Shown here one piece after another: positions 40,736 through 50,604 of a stretch of 64,000 bases of DNA. Within the stretch, counting starts at the first letter, position 1. Each line of letters starts with the position of its first letter. Under the pieces are notes generated by a model. The model was not told the DNA's origin, searched no databases, and was given only the letters and a program-made list of their open reading frames with translations. The position numbers and the translations under genes were made by a program. The DNA is from an uncultured Candidatus Saccharibacteria bacterium (GTDB lineage: Bacteria > Patescibacteriota > Minisyncoccia > Phycocordibacterales > PALSA-1337). Where the stretch lies: positions 569 through 64,568 of the forward strand of contig CAYHLX010000002.1 of assembly GCA_964357605.1 (NCBI GenBank), written 5' to 3'.

Positions 40736-41616
40736 ATTTTTTTGAGTAAACCACGAATTCTTTGCACCAAAGGATAGAGAGGAAATTTTCTCACCCAATA
40801 CTTAAACTTGCGCACATTGTCTTTCTCACTAATCTTGGCCGGATAGTGCCGTCTACGAGGTGGTAAAACTTGAATCTTTTCTATCGAGATAGGCAACTTG
40901 TGCCACAATAACTTGTCATAACCAGCAATTCTTAATGTGCCATCATAAAGCTGGAATAATTTTGTCTCGTACTGATGGTCGGTATGTAGTGTCTCTATTG
41001 AATTATCAATAATGCCAAATTTTGGAAATAGTTCTTTTAACACAAAGAAGGCGTTAATTTCATTGGCCACCACCAACTCATACCCTTTACGTTTGGCCAA
41101 TTCTACCAAAGCACGGAGAGATGAACCCTGAAAAATTTTCATATCGCGAGGTTGGATAAAAGTCACCTCATTTGGAATGGTAGGATTAAATTCTACCACC
41201 ATCACTCGCGGACGATAATCAGTGAGAGAATCCCAGAGATGATACTCGTTACCATCTATATCTAAAGAAAAAAGGTCAAAAGTTTTTGGTAAAGGCGTAC
41301 GAGAAAAAATTTTATCTAGAGAATTTTCACCTTCAAAAGAAATGAAGGCTTTTAGACAATGAGCATTTTTATGATCAATATATTCTTTTTGGAGCCTTTC
41401 AAAATAGGTCTGGTCAGCTTCGATAAGAACACCAGACCAACCACGCTCCTTTACCAGATGCCAAACATTACTACCATGAACCCCGTTCAAAGCCCCTAGA
41501 TCCACACACCATTTTGACCCTTCGCCAATAATCTCAAAGATTTTTTCTATAACCCCGTCTTCTCCATGTTCGGAGGTAATGTCATGATTATAAGAAAGTA
41601 GATTAGAATTAGACAT
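40732..41616 (-). CDS. FkbM-like methyltransferase
   Basis: SEHGEDGVI, VDLGA.NG, GWSGVLIEAD, SLDIDGN, EFNP. Confidence 0.8.
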   Translation of the reverse strand: MSNSNLLSYNHDITSEHGEDGVIEKIFEIIGEGSKWCVDLGALNGVHGSNVWHLVKERGWSGVLIEADQTYFERLQKEYIDHKNAHCLKAFISFEGENSLDKIFSRTPLPKTFDLFSLDIDGNEYHLWDSLTDYRPRVMVVEFNPTIPNEVTFIQPRDMKIFQGSSLRALVELAKRKGYELVVANEINAFFVLKELFPKFGIIDNSIETLHTDHQYETKLFQLYDGTLRIAGYDKLLWHKLPISIEKIQVLPPRRRHYPAKISEKDNVRKFKYWVRKFPLYPLVQRIRGLLKKI

Positions 41617-42760
41617 GAAGATTAGAATTAGTATGCTCAGTTATAAATCCAACAATGCGCTCCGCCCGAGCTCGCCAAGACGATCTAGTAGCTTGACGCA
41701 TAGCTGCTTCAGTCAGAGGTAGAAGCTTTTCATTCTGAGATACAGCATATTGTACCACTCGCGCCAAATCTGCCGTATTATCAGGAATATAGAAAATAGC
41801 TTCTTTTTCAGTAACTATCTCCCGTATGGCCGGCGTACTGCTCGCCACAATTGGACGACCTGTCGCTAGATATTCAAAAAGTTTCATGGGTGAAGTATAA
41901 CGATAGGATTGTATATCACGAGAAGTTCCGAGCACGAGCAATGCATCAGCAGCGGCAAACCATAAAGGCATTTCGCTGTGTGGGCGACTCCCTGCAAAAA
42001 AGAGATTTTCTGGCAAAGACTGTTTAACCAGTCTTTCAAAATCAGCTTGGGCTCCACCCACGGTCTGCCATCGGATATGGGGAGTCAGAAATGCAGTCTG
42101 AGGTAAAATCTCTAGTCCCTTCCAATCAAAGAACCGTCCGGCATAGAGAACTACGGGGATATCTTGTGGTAGTCCAAGTTTTTCTCGAGCGTCTCTTTTA
42201 TTATTTTTTGTAGAAAATTTGGAAAGATCGACTCCATTTGGCTCCACGAGATATTTTGTAGGAGAGTTTGGAAATCGGTTCTGCAATTCTTCTACGATGA
42301 TTTTATTGATAGGAATAATGCCTCTCACTTTCTTAAAAAGCATTCGTTGTAAAATAGTTTGCGGTTTTGATCCATGCATCTCGGAGAAAAGCGGAAGGCC
42401 GAGAAATGTCAAAGCTGAAGAAGAATAGTTATCCATATCAACCGTATAAAGAATAAACTTTTCTCCACTTCTTTTTCTTTTCCACAGAAAAATCAGATAA
42501 GAGATCGTAAAAGAGAAGGAAGAGAGAGGATATCCCAAGCGGCCGCCAGTGTACCAATCAAGAACAGGTAATTTGATGAGTTTAACAGGCACTCTTAAAC
42601 CATAATATTCCTGAATTGTTTGTGGTTCAGTCACTCGACGTGGTACCACAAGCGTAAGATCAATTCCTTCTTCTATAAAAGCTTCGCACATCTTGGCTAT
42701 CTGAATACCATGGGCTTTTTCCGTCGGCATACGGGCATTCGCAATGTAGTAGAGCTTCAT
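41609..42760 (-). CDS. Glycosyltransferase family 4
   Basis: PNGVD, YAGR...KG, SPMKLFEYLA.GRPIVAS. Confidence 0.92.
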   Translation of the reverse strand: MKLYYIANARMPTEKAHGIQIAKMCEAFIEEGIDLTLVVPRRVTEPQTIQEYYGLRVPVKLIKLPVLDWYTGGRLGYPLSSFSFTISYLIFLWKRKRSGEKFILYTVDMDNYSSSALTFLGLPLFSEMHGSKPQTILQRMLFKKVRGIIPINKIIVEELQNRFPNSPTKYLVEPNGVDLSKFSTKNNKRDAREKLGLPQDIPVVLYAGRFFDWKGLEILPQTAFLTPHIRWQTVGGAQADFERLVKQSLPENLFFAGSRPHSEMPLWFAAADALLVLGTSRDIQSYRYTSPMKLFEYLATGRPIVASSTPAIREIVTEKEAIFYIPDNTADLARVVQYAVSQNEKLLPLTEAAMRQATRSSWRARAERIVGFITEHTNSNLHV

Positions 42761-42804
42761 ATAAGTGGTGTTTATTATAATGATAACCTCTCAAATTAGC
42801 TAGC

Positions 42805-42840
42805 AAAAAACCGACTGTTATGTTTCCACAACAGCCGGCT
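42805..42840 (-). terminator. Intrinsic terminator
   Basis: GCCGGCTGTTGTG-GAAA-CATAACAGTCGGT-TTTTT. Confidence 0.88.
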
Positions 42841-42861
42841 GAATTGAACCGAGGCTTACAT

Positions 42862-43902
42862 TCATGCACCAAGCGCCTTGCACATAAGCGTGATGGCCTG
42901 ACCATGCTCAGAAGACGGTACAGGGAACATCTTTTTTTGGTTTTCCAGCATGAATCCAGAATTGAACGAACCTTTGTCGATCAAGTCTGCCATGAACTCC
43001 GCTAGCTGACGAACCGAGCCAAGAAATACCGGAAAAGAGGCACGATTTTTGGTCAAATCCCACGGACCCTTGGCAATGTTTGGCTTTACGCCGCGCATCG
43101 CGATGGTCGGACAGAAGTCAATGATTGGCAGACGCAAGCAGGCTGCTCGTATCCCGATCGTTGAAGTAAACTCGACAACGAGGTCGCAACCCACCAAGAT
43201 TTCTCCGGTGTTGATACCGACATGTTTGCCGATGATTCTCACCGGACAGCCGGCGTGTTGCACCAGCTCGTCATAGAGTTTTGGGTTATGGAGATCTCCA
43301 GGGTGAAGAGCAAGGAGAATCTCCGAATCTTCCTCCCAACCAAGGCTGCGAACAGCGTCGATGGTCGCCCCAAACTGGATGATGTTTTGAGCAAGGTACT
43401 TGTCCCCAACAGATACAATTACCTTCTTTTCTCCAGAGATCTCGAGAATCCCCCTCGCTTCATTTCGCGACAGCTTGGGAAAAGCGAACTCTTCCCAGCA
43501 AGGATTGCCGGTGACCACGACTTTGGCCTTCGGAAAAAAGAACTTAGCGTCATCCGCCTCGTTCGCACTCACAGTAAACAGAGTAGCTTTGTCTGAATCC
43601 CGCGCACACTCAAAGGCTGGTAAACGATGGGCACCGAAGGTATCGGCGTAGAGCGCGAAAGGAATATTACGCTCCATGGCCTCCCGAACCGCGGCAACCT
43701 CCTCATCGGAACGTTCTGACATTCCTACCACGACCCGATCGGCAGACCTTACCGCCCCGCGCACAACATCTGCTCCACAGTTTGCTGGCTGGCCACAGAA
43801 AAGGAAATCGGAACCTTTATGCCCTAGGCTAGCAAGTCTCTGTCTCAACATATTGAGCACTTCCGACTGGGCGAAATCGCCCGCAACGAGAACAATTTTC
43901 AT
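42862..43902 (-). CDS. GT-B-fold-like protein, GC-richer self-contained unit
   Basis: VVTGNP, LHP, CDLVVEFTSTIG..AA; SD GGAGGTG; TTGACA-17-TAGATT promoter upstream. Confidence 0.7.
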   Translation of the reverse strand: MKIVLVAGDFAQSEVLNMLRQRLASLGHKGSDFLFCGQPANCGADVVRGAVRSADRVVVGMSERSDEEVAAVREAMERNIPFALYADTFGAHRLPAFECARDSDKATLFTVSANEADDAKFFFPKAKVVVTGNPCWEEFAFPKLSRNEARGILEISGEKKVIVSVGDKYLAQNIIQFGATIDAVRSLGWEEDSEILLALHPGDLHNPKLYDELVQHAGCPVRIIGKHVGINTGEILVGCDLVVEFTSTIGIRAACLRLPIIDFCPTIAMRGVKPNIAKGPWDLTKNRASFPVFLGSVRQLAEFMADLIDKGSFNSGFMLENQKKMFPVPSSEHGQAITLMCKALGA

Positions 43903-44004
43903 CTAACACCTCCATTTTGTTTTTTCAATTGCGACCGTACCGGTTGGTACGGTTAACACGCTCAGGTCAATCTACCATTTTTATACCCATGTGTCAATAT
44001 TTAT

Positions 44005-44382
44005 TTACATTATCATTTTTGATCGCAACGTAGATGCAAGTGAGAAATCTTTGGTCTCAGTGGGAACATGAGTCAACATATTAAAACCCTGACTATCATA
44101 GCGTGGTACCAAATGCCAATGAACCTGCTTAACCTCATCCATATATATTAAATAAATTTTCTCAAGTTTCAGAACCTCAAGCAGCTTATTTCTAATTTCA
44201 TCTACTACATCCATAAGGTATTCGTAGTCTGTTCTACTTAACAGATGCAAATCAACCACTTTATCTTTCCAAACAACGACACAATGCCCTTTTGTAATCG
44301 GGTACGAAGCCAAGCAGGCGTACAGACGATCATTCTCATAAAAAATTGCTTCTGGAGGTGGTGTTGGTAGTGAGTCTTTCAT
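44005..44382 (-). CDS. HIT family hydrolase
   Basis: PITKGHCVV; QVHWHLVPRY variant histidine triad. Confidence 0.85.
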   Translation of the reverse strand: MKDSLPTPPPEAIFYENDRLYACLASYPITKGHCVVVWKDKVVDLHLLSRTDYEYLMDVVDEIRNKLLEVLKLEKIYLIYMDEVKQVHWHLVPRYDSQGFNMLTHVPTETKDFSLASTLRSKMIM

Positions 44383-44395
44383 TGTTACATTATAA

Positions 44396-45475
44396 CTATT
44401 TAATTATCTTACGTAAATCTTCAATCACATACTTCATAAAGGCATCTATCCTAAAATATTTTACGAATGCTTCTCTAGCATTCTTTTGCATCTGTTCAAA
44501 TCTTTCTTCAGAAATATTTTTATGAAAATCAGCAATAATTTCAGGTAATTTCTTTAGATCACGAAAATCCACAATTAGAGCGAATGATGAATAATCAATC
44601 CGGTCGCTAAAAGGAAAATTTCGTTCTGTGTCTATAATCACCGGAATGCGACCTAGGGAAAGTATTTCAAAAAGACGAGCGGAATTATTGGCATCGCCCT
44701 TGATATCTAGAGCATAATCACTTTCAAGAATCGTCCTGACCATCTCTTCTTGAAGCTCTCTCATATCCCCTAGAGCAGTCTTGGGATTGGCAGAGAACGA
44801 TGAACGCTCTCGAATATTCAATTCCACCAATGATGATTTTTGTAGTGTTTTTATAGCTTTCTTACGCAAGATAACACCCTTTATACAAGCACGATATTTT
44901 TCATCAAAAATACTTCTTAATCTATTAGGTAACTCTTTTAGAAAATTACGAACAGACTGCTTCAAAGAAAGGTTTGTCCATCCGGCAAAACCGACTATCG
45001 GTTTTCCTAGAGATTTTTTACGAATGTTCAGCGCACCATTCCTACAACGCTCCAAAAGATCATCGGTAGTTAGTGGTATTTGAATTCTATTTGATTCTGG
45101 TAGAAAACTATACCCTCCATAACGCAATATATATATATTATCTTCAGCAATAGGATATTCTATATCTCCAGAACCATCAATGAGGAATGGGAGATTACGG
45201 GCACGAGCCGTACTAATACATTCAGTCAACAAATCTTTGTCAAAATTCAAAAGCCAATTATGCTTATATGGAGCAAAAACCAGATCAGCTTCTTCTATAT
45301 CAGCAGTAATTGTATAACACGAAATATCGAGGGAATAAGCATCAAACATTTGTTTGGAAAAAATAGCCGATTCCTCATACGGATTTCCCCACCACGGATT
45401 GAGAAGTGGAGTATGGAGTCCTTTACGACGCCATTCTGGATTCACGTAAAAAGTAAGTTGGTTGATTAATGTCAT
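44396..45475 (-). CDS. Exostosin (GT47)-like glycosyltransferase
   Basis: SDYALDIKGDANNSARLFEILSLGRIPVII...PF...IDY. Confidence 0.82.
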   Translation of the reverse strand: MTLINQLTFYVNPEWRRKGLHTPLLNPWWGNPYEESAIFSKQMFDAYSLDISCYTITADIEEADLVFAPYKHNWLLNFDKDLLTECISTARARNLPFLIDGSGDIEYPIAEDNIYILRYGGYSFLPESNRIQIPLTTDDLLERCRNGALNIRKKSLGKPIVGFAGWTNLSLKQSVRNFLKELPNRLRSIFDEKYRACIKGVILRKKAIKTLQKSSLVELNIRERSSFSANPKTALGDMRELQEEMVRTILESDYALDIKGDANNSARLFEILSLGRIPVIIDTERNFPFSDRIDYSSFALIVDFRDLKKLPEIIADFHKNISEERFEQMQKNAREAFVKYFRIDAFMKYVIEDLRKIIK

Positions 45476-46488
45476 ATAAAAGAATTCATCAGCTCAAGTA
45501 GGGATTTGGCAAAATTTTTAGTAGTGTAGTTCGCGATTACTTTTTCCTGACCAGATACGGCCAATTGTTTACATTTTTGACTATCTCGCCACAAAGCATT
45601 TATCTCCCTAATCAAAGCTTCGGAATCGTTGGGCTTTACTATCACCAAATCTTTACCAGGAGTAAAATAATCAGCAATCCAGGAACGATGAGTAGCAATC
45701 ACTGTTTTCCCTGCGGCTAAGGCGTCCAAAATAACCGTCTGTCCCGAACAATCTGACCCTTCTGGAACCTCAGCATTTTTAGAGACCACGACGACCAACT
45801 TAGCCTTGCGATATAAATCACGAATTTCAACCAAGCTCTTATTATAAAGAATTCTGACATTTGAAGGAATGAAGGTTTCTGGTGGAATATTTTTAGGAGA
45901 AGCAACGACGATGAATTGGTAAGGTACTTGTGAGGCCGCCTTAAAAAGGGTGGCATAATCTCGACCAGCATCACGACCGACGCTCACAATGAGATTTTCT
46001 TCTGGATCTAGGCTAGTAGTTTGGAAAAATGATGCATCCACGCCAAAAGGTAGAGATACTAAATGTTTCTTGGATATTCCCAGTTTGACAAAATCATGGA
46101 GTTGCTCAAAAGATAGACAAATGATACGAGCGTAGCTAGCCCAAAGATTTTTAAGTAAAAATAGATAAAAAGGCCTTTTAGCATGACGCTTCATGAGGGT
46201 GGAAGAATTTATAGCAATATAAAACCATTTTGTCCGTAGACGAAAGATGTATGCACACCAAGAAACGATATATCCCAAGAGAAGATTGTCCTGTGCAATC
46301 ACAAAATCGTAACGCAAAAGACGCGGTAGAAATAACAAAGCCCGCATTGATTTTGGAGGTATCGTAAAATGATCGGCTCCAGTTAGGTGGTTAAGACCAT
46401 AGAGAGAAGTGTCAGCTACTTGTCCAGTCTGTAAATTGTGGATAGTGGCCTCTCGGGAATTTGTAAAAATAAAAGCTACTTTTTTCAT
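45472..46488 (-). CDS. Glycosyltransferase family 4
   Basis: FGVD, SVGRD, SGQTVILDALAAGK. Confidence 0.88.
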   Translation of the reverse strand: MKKVAFIFTNSREATIHNLQTGQVADTSLYGLNHLTGADHFTIPPKSMRALLFLPRLLRYDFVIAQDNLLLGYIVSWCAYIFRLRTKWFYIAINSSTLMKRHAKRPFYLFLLKNLWASYARIICLSFEQLHDFVKLGISKKHLVSLPFGVDASFFQTTSLDPEENLIVSVGRDAGRDYATLFKAASQVPYQFIVVASPKNIPPETFIPSNVRILYNKSLVEIRDLYRKAKLVVVVSKNAEVPEGSDCSGQTVILDALAAGKTVIATHRSWIADYFTPGKDLVIVKPNDSEALIREINALWRDSQKCKQLAVSGQEKVIANYTTKNFAKSLLELMNSFI

Positions 46489-47444
46489 AACTTTTTTATA
46501 GATTTCAACAACTTAGGAATCAGATCTTTGAGGGAGTGGTGCGTGTGGATACTTGAGATCATAACTGGGGAATGATCGTGAACGATGGCTTCTGCAATAG
46601 CCTCTGGAGTCGGAAAAACTTTGACGATAGGCAAATCTGAGAGAGAGCTTGTAGAGATGACCTTAAGTCCACAAGCTAATGCCTCAAGTATTACTTTATC
46701 GAGACTACCAGTCTCACTGGTATGAATGAGGAATGACGCCTTTCTGTATTCATCTCGTAGTTGAGTCTGTGTCAGAGAATCTAGAAATTCAACTGTGGTA
46801 CCAAGTTTTTGTGCGAGCATTTTCAAATTTTCTCTTTCCGGACCATCTCCTGCGATACTCAGCTTCCATCCCGTAAGTGCCGCTGCTCGAATGGCAAGAT
46901 CATGACGCTTTACTGGCATGAGTCGTCCAACAGATAGAAGAGATTTTGGAACGACATTTGAATTTTGAGGAAAGAAAAAATCATAATCAATGCCGTGACC
47001 AACTACCTCAAGCTTCTTACTTGAAAGCCGGAAACTTTCCTTGGATGCAGTAAATATCTGATGAGTCAGTTTTTCTGCCAATCTCAACTTCCAATCGACA
47101 TTTTTATGGGTATACCAAAGTGAGATTTTCTTGCCCAACATTCTCCAAATCATTCCGCCTAAAATAACGTAGATAGGATTCATATGAACAAATACCGCCT
47201 CATAATTTTTCCTTTCTTTCCAGATGTATGAGTAAAATCTAGATAGATATTTAAGACGAGAAACACCTTCTTCTTTCCCTAGAGATAACACTTTTGTATT
47301 TTGCGACAATTCGTACGAACCTTTCTCAAGACAAATCACAGTTATAGATTCACAGTATTTAGAAAATTCAAAAATCCATCTATGAAAAAATCCAAGAATC
47401 GGATCATCTTTGGATACTTTTTGAGTAATGATTAATAATTTCAT
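46485..47444 (-). CDS. Glycosyltransferase family 4
   Basis: GHGID, SVGRLMPVK, GSLDKVILEALACG. Confidence 0.9.
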   Translation of the reverse strand: MKLLIITQKVSKDDPILGFFHRWIFEFSKYCESITVICLEKGSYELSQNTKVLSLGKEEGVSRLKYLSRFYSYIWKERKNYEAVFVHMNPIYVILGGMIWRMLGKKISLWYTHKNVDWKLRLAEKLTHQIFTASKESFRLSSKKLEVVGHGIDYDFFFPQNSNVVPKSLLSVGRLMPVKRHDLAIRAAALTGWKLSIAGDGPERENLKMLAQKLGTTVEFLDSLTQTQLRDEYRKASFLIHTSETGSLDKVILEALACGLKVISTSSLSDLPIVKVFPTPEAIAEAIVHDHSPVMISSIHTHHSLKDLIPKLLKSIKKL

Positions 47445-48424
47445 GAAATCATTTCTAAGAGACCAGCACTGATCTCTCTTGGATCAAAACCGACAATCCT
47501 AGCTCCAACCTCCCTAGCAATTCCCACATCCACAGAAACGATCTTGCAACCAACCGCATTGGCCTCAACAAAAGTCATGCCATATCCCTCATACAAAGAA
47601 GTGACAAGAAAACAGTCAGATGTTTTGTAATAGGAAGCCAGATCATTCTGCCACCCTTCAAAAATGACTGAATTCTCCATACCCAACACTTTGACGAGAG
47701 CTTTCAATTTACCCTCTTCGCTTCCAGACCCAACAATTACTAGTCCAGCTTGAGGTACTTTTTTCAGTACAAGTTTAAATCCCTGAATCGCTAGAGGAAT
47801 ATTTTTCTCTAGCTCCAAACGTGAAGCCATTAAAACTATCTTTGAAAATTGAGGATATTTCTGATGAAAATTAACCGTAACGGGCGTGGATTTGATTTTT
47901 TCCACATCAACAAAAATAGGTCTGACTTCAATCTTTGATGGATCAATTCGCATCGCTACATAGTCTCTAATTCTTTTTGAAACTACTCTCACCTTATCCG
48001 CCTTACCTAAAGTAAATTTAGAAATTAACATTCTAATCCTATTTAGAAAACTGAATCTCTGGAAATTGACACTCCCTAGATCAGTATGTATTTGTAATTC
48101 CAACTTCACGGGATGACGACTTTTTACCAAAGCTCCAACTAAACCTGTCTCAAACGGGTCTTGGCAAGTCACATCAGTGATCCCTCTTTTTTCTGTGATA
48201 AATCTTCCTAGTTTCAGAGCATCAAAGACATATTTCCATTTAGATGATGATCTAGTTGGATATACCCAAATATTTAAACCGAGGGTTGTTTCAGAAAAGC
48301 TTTTATCAGTAAAAACTATGATGTGCACTTCTTCGTATCCCTTAGCATATTCAATCTGACGCAGAGCTACCGCGCTCCCTTTTTCAAAAATCTTCCTGTC
48401 TGTAGAGATCGTGAGAAGTTTCAT
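47441..48424 (-). CDS. Glycosyltransferase family 4
   Basis: SRLELEKN, SLYEGYGMTFVEA. Confidence 0.9.
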   Translation of the reverse strand: MKLLTISTDRKIFEKGSAVALRQIEYAKGYEEVHIIVFTDKSFSETTLGLNIWVYPTRSSSKWKYVFDALKLGRFITEKRGITDVTCQDPFETGLVGALVKSRHPVKLELQIHTDLGSVNFQRFSFLNRIRMLISKFTLGKADKVRVVSKRIRDYVAMRIDPSKIEVRPIFVDVEKIKSTPVTVNFHQKYPQFSKIVLMASRLELEKNIPLAIQGFKLVLKKVPQAGLVIVGSGSEEGKLKALVKVLGMENSVIFEGWQNDLASYYKTSDCFLVTSLYEGYGMTFVEANAVGCKIVSVDVGIAREVGARIVGFDPREISAGLLEMIS

Positions 48425-49413
48425 ATCTTTTTATATATCTCTATTATCTCATGAGCTATCTCTTCCCAAGAGTGAGTAAATTTAAAGTTTTTTATTTTTT
48501 CTATCTGATTTTTATAATTTATGTCATCCAAAAGCCACTTCACCTTATTCTCTATATCTTTTTCATCTTTAGGGTCGACAATGATAGCGATAGAACCGAT
48601 ACGATCCATGATTCCATTTTCTACTGTGATTATAAATGGCTTGTTAAGCCTTATAGATTCTAAAATCATATTTGGACTAATATCACCCAAAGACACGAGA
48701 ATAGTAGCGTAACATTCTTTCATCTTACTCATGTATTCTTCTGGAGGATATGTATTTAAATCAAGCTGGGCTTCAGAAATATTTTTAAATACTTTCGGTA
48801 AAATATCTAAATTCTTCCATTTTAATTTTCTAGTGCCAGCCAAAAAGGTTTTTTCTTTCGGCAAGATATTTTCCATCTTCTCTCCATAGTAATTTTCCAT
48901 GATAAAAATCTTGTCTGATTTTAAATCATATGCTTTCACAAAAATGTCCTTTTGCCATTGAGTTGAAAAAATCAGGGCGGAAACATTTTGTAGAGTCCAA
49001 CGAGTCAGATTGAAAATATAATTTTCTTTCTTTGACCATTTTTCTTTAGTTGTCTCATAAAAATCTTTAAATAAGACCTTGTCTCCTGTCCTCTCCACAT
49101 AACCCTCCCAGAGAAAATCGCCACCAGTCCTCATGATAATCTTCTTCCTCAAAATCTTAGCGACTATTGTCGCTGGCATCCCGACACTGAAAGTGTCTAG
49201 GACAAAAATAAAATCGCAAGTTATAACCGCAGGAATGATCTTGAACAAAAAGTACAGATGCCTAATACCTGATGGCAGTTTGTGCTCAAGACGATAGGTC
49301 TTCACAATCACCTTATGTCCTTGTCTTTCCCACTCTTCTTTTAGATTTTGAGCATATTTGGCCGGACCTCCAAGCTGTGGTGGATAAATGCCTGTAGCAA
49401 TGAGAATTTTCAT
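48421..49413 (-). CDS. Glycosyltransferase family 4
   Basis: TGIYPPQLGGP, DISPNMILES. Confidence 0.88.
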   Translation of the reverse strand: MKILIATGIYPPQLGGPAKYAQNLKEEWERQGHKVIVKTYRLEHKLPSGIRHLYFLFKIIPAVITCDFIFVLDTFSVGMPATIVAKILRKKIIMRTGGDFLWEGYVERTGDKVLFKDFYETTKEKWSKKENYIFNLTRWTLQNVSALIFSTQWQKDIFVKAYDLKSDKIFIMENYYGEKMENILPKEKTFLAGTRKLKWKNLDILPKVFKNISEAQLDLNTYPPEEYMSKMKECYATILVSLGDISPNMILESIRLNKPFIITVENGIMDRIGSIAIIVDPKDEKDIENKVKWLLDDINYKNQIEKIKNFKFTHSWEEIAHEIIEIYKKI

Positions 49414-49430
49414 AAAAACAGTCTACCATA

Positions 49431-50600
49431 CTACACCTTTCCCATCACCTCTCTTATCTGTTGGGCAATGAGATTCCAATCGTATTTTTCTTTAACCATC
49501 TCTCTCGCATTCTTAATAATTTTATCCCTTAAATTAGCTTCTGTTATAAGCCTTTCGATTTGTCTGGCGATACTTTCTGGATTTTCCACTTCACAAAAAA
49601 GACCAGTTACTTCATCCTTTAAAAAATCCGGGATACCTCCAACAGGAGTCGCAATTACTGGAATATCCGCAGCCATCGCTTCTACAAATGAAATACCAAA
49701 CCCTTCAGAGAGAGATGAACGTACAAAGATATGAGAGACATGCAAATACATTGGCATTTCACGATGAGGTACAAACCCAACAAATCTCACTCGATCATCT
49801 AGTTTAAGTAAAGTAGTTTTTTCCTTCAGCGTCTTTTCTAGAGGACCAATACCGAGAATAAGCAGTTTGGTAGAAACAGGTAAGTAGATCAGGGAGTCAA
49901 TCAGATCTCCTACTCCATTTTTCTGAACAAGACGAGAAGTGGTGATAATCACGGTATCAAATGAATCCAGAGAAAGTTCATGTGCCAGAGCCTTCAATTG
50001 ACCAGTGGTAGGTTTTCTTGAAAAAAAGTTAAAATCAACCCCATTTGGGACAATATCGATCGGGCACTTAGCTCCCATCTTTCTCGCAAATTTCTCGAGA
50101 AAATGTGACAAAACATGGATTCTATCCGCTTTCTCAAAAATCTTAAGATAGAGTGGATACATCGGACCTAGAGCTTTCTTGATATGTTCAAAGGTATCCC
50201 CTTCCTGAAGATTTAGAATGAAAGGAATATTTTTGTGAACCATCTTGAAAAAGAGAGCCGAGAAAGCATTGAAACTAGCCATGATTGACCAGATGAAATC
50301 ATATTTCCTTTTTCTATGGAGTAAAAGAGCTTTAAAAAAGGCTGAGAAAACATACCGAGCTTTGATAAAAAAAGAAATATGGGGTATGGTAGTTCCCTGT
50401 ACAGCAATCTTTGGACCGACTCTGTAAACGTTCACATTTCCAATACGCTCAAATCTAGTCTTTCCAGCATAAAGAGTAACCATATCAAACTCAAAGTCGT
50501 TGGGTTGAATACGATCTGTTATTTCTTTTACCGCCACCTCCGCTCCTCCAATAAGATGGGGGTAATATGAAAGTGAAAATATCAAGGCTTTTTTTGTCAT
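49431..50600 (-). CDS. Glycosyltransferase family 4
   Basis: GGAE, PNGVD, SEGFGISFVEAMAA.IPVIAT.VGGI. Confidence 0.93.
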   Translation of the reverse strand: MTKKALIFSLSYYPHLIGGAEVAVKEITDRIQPNDFEFDMVTLYAGKTRFERIGNVNVYRVGPKIAVQGTTIPHISFFIKARYVFSAFFKALLLHRKRKYDFIWSIMASFNAFSALFFKMVHKNIPFILNLQEGDTFEHIKKALGPMYPLYLKIFEKADRIHVLSHFLEKFARKMGAKCPIDIVPNGVDFNFFSRKPTTGQLKALAHELSLDSFDTVIITTSRLVQKNGVGDLIDSLIYLPVSTKLLILGIGPLEKTLKEKTTLLKLDDRVRFVGFVPHREMPMYLHVSHIFVRSSLSEGFGISFVEAMAADIPVIATPVGGIPDFLKDEVTGLFCEVENPESIARQIERLITEANLRDKIIKNAREMVKEKYDWNLIAQQIREVMGKV

Positions 50601-50604
50601 ATTC

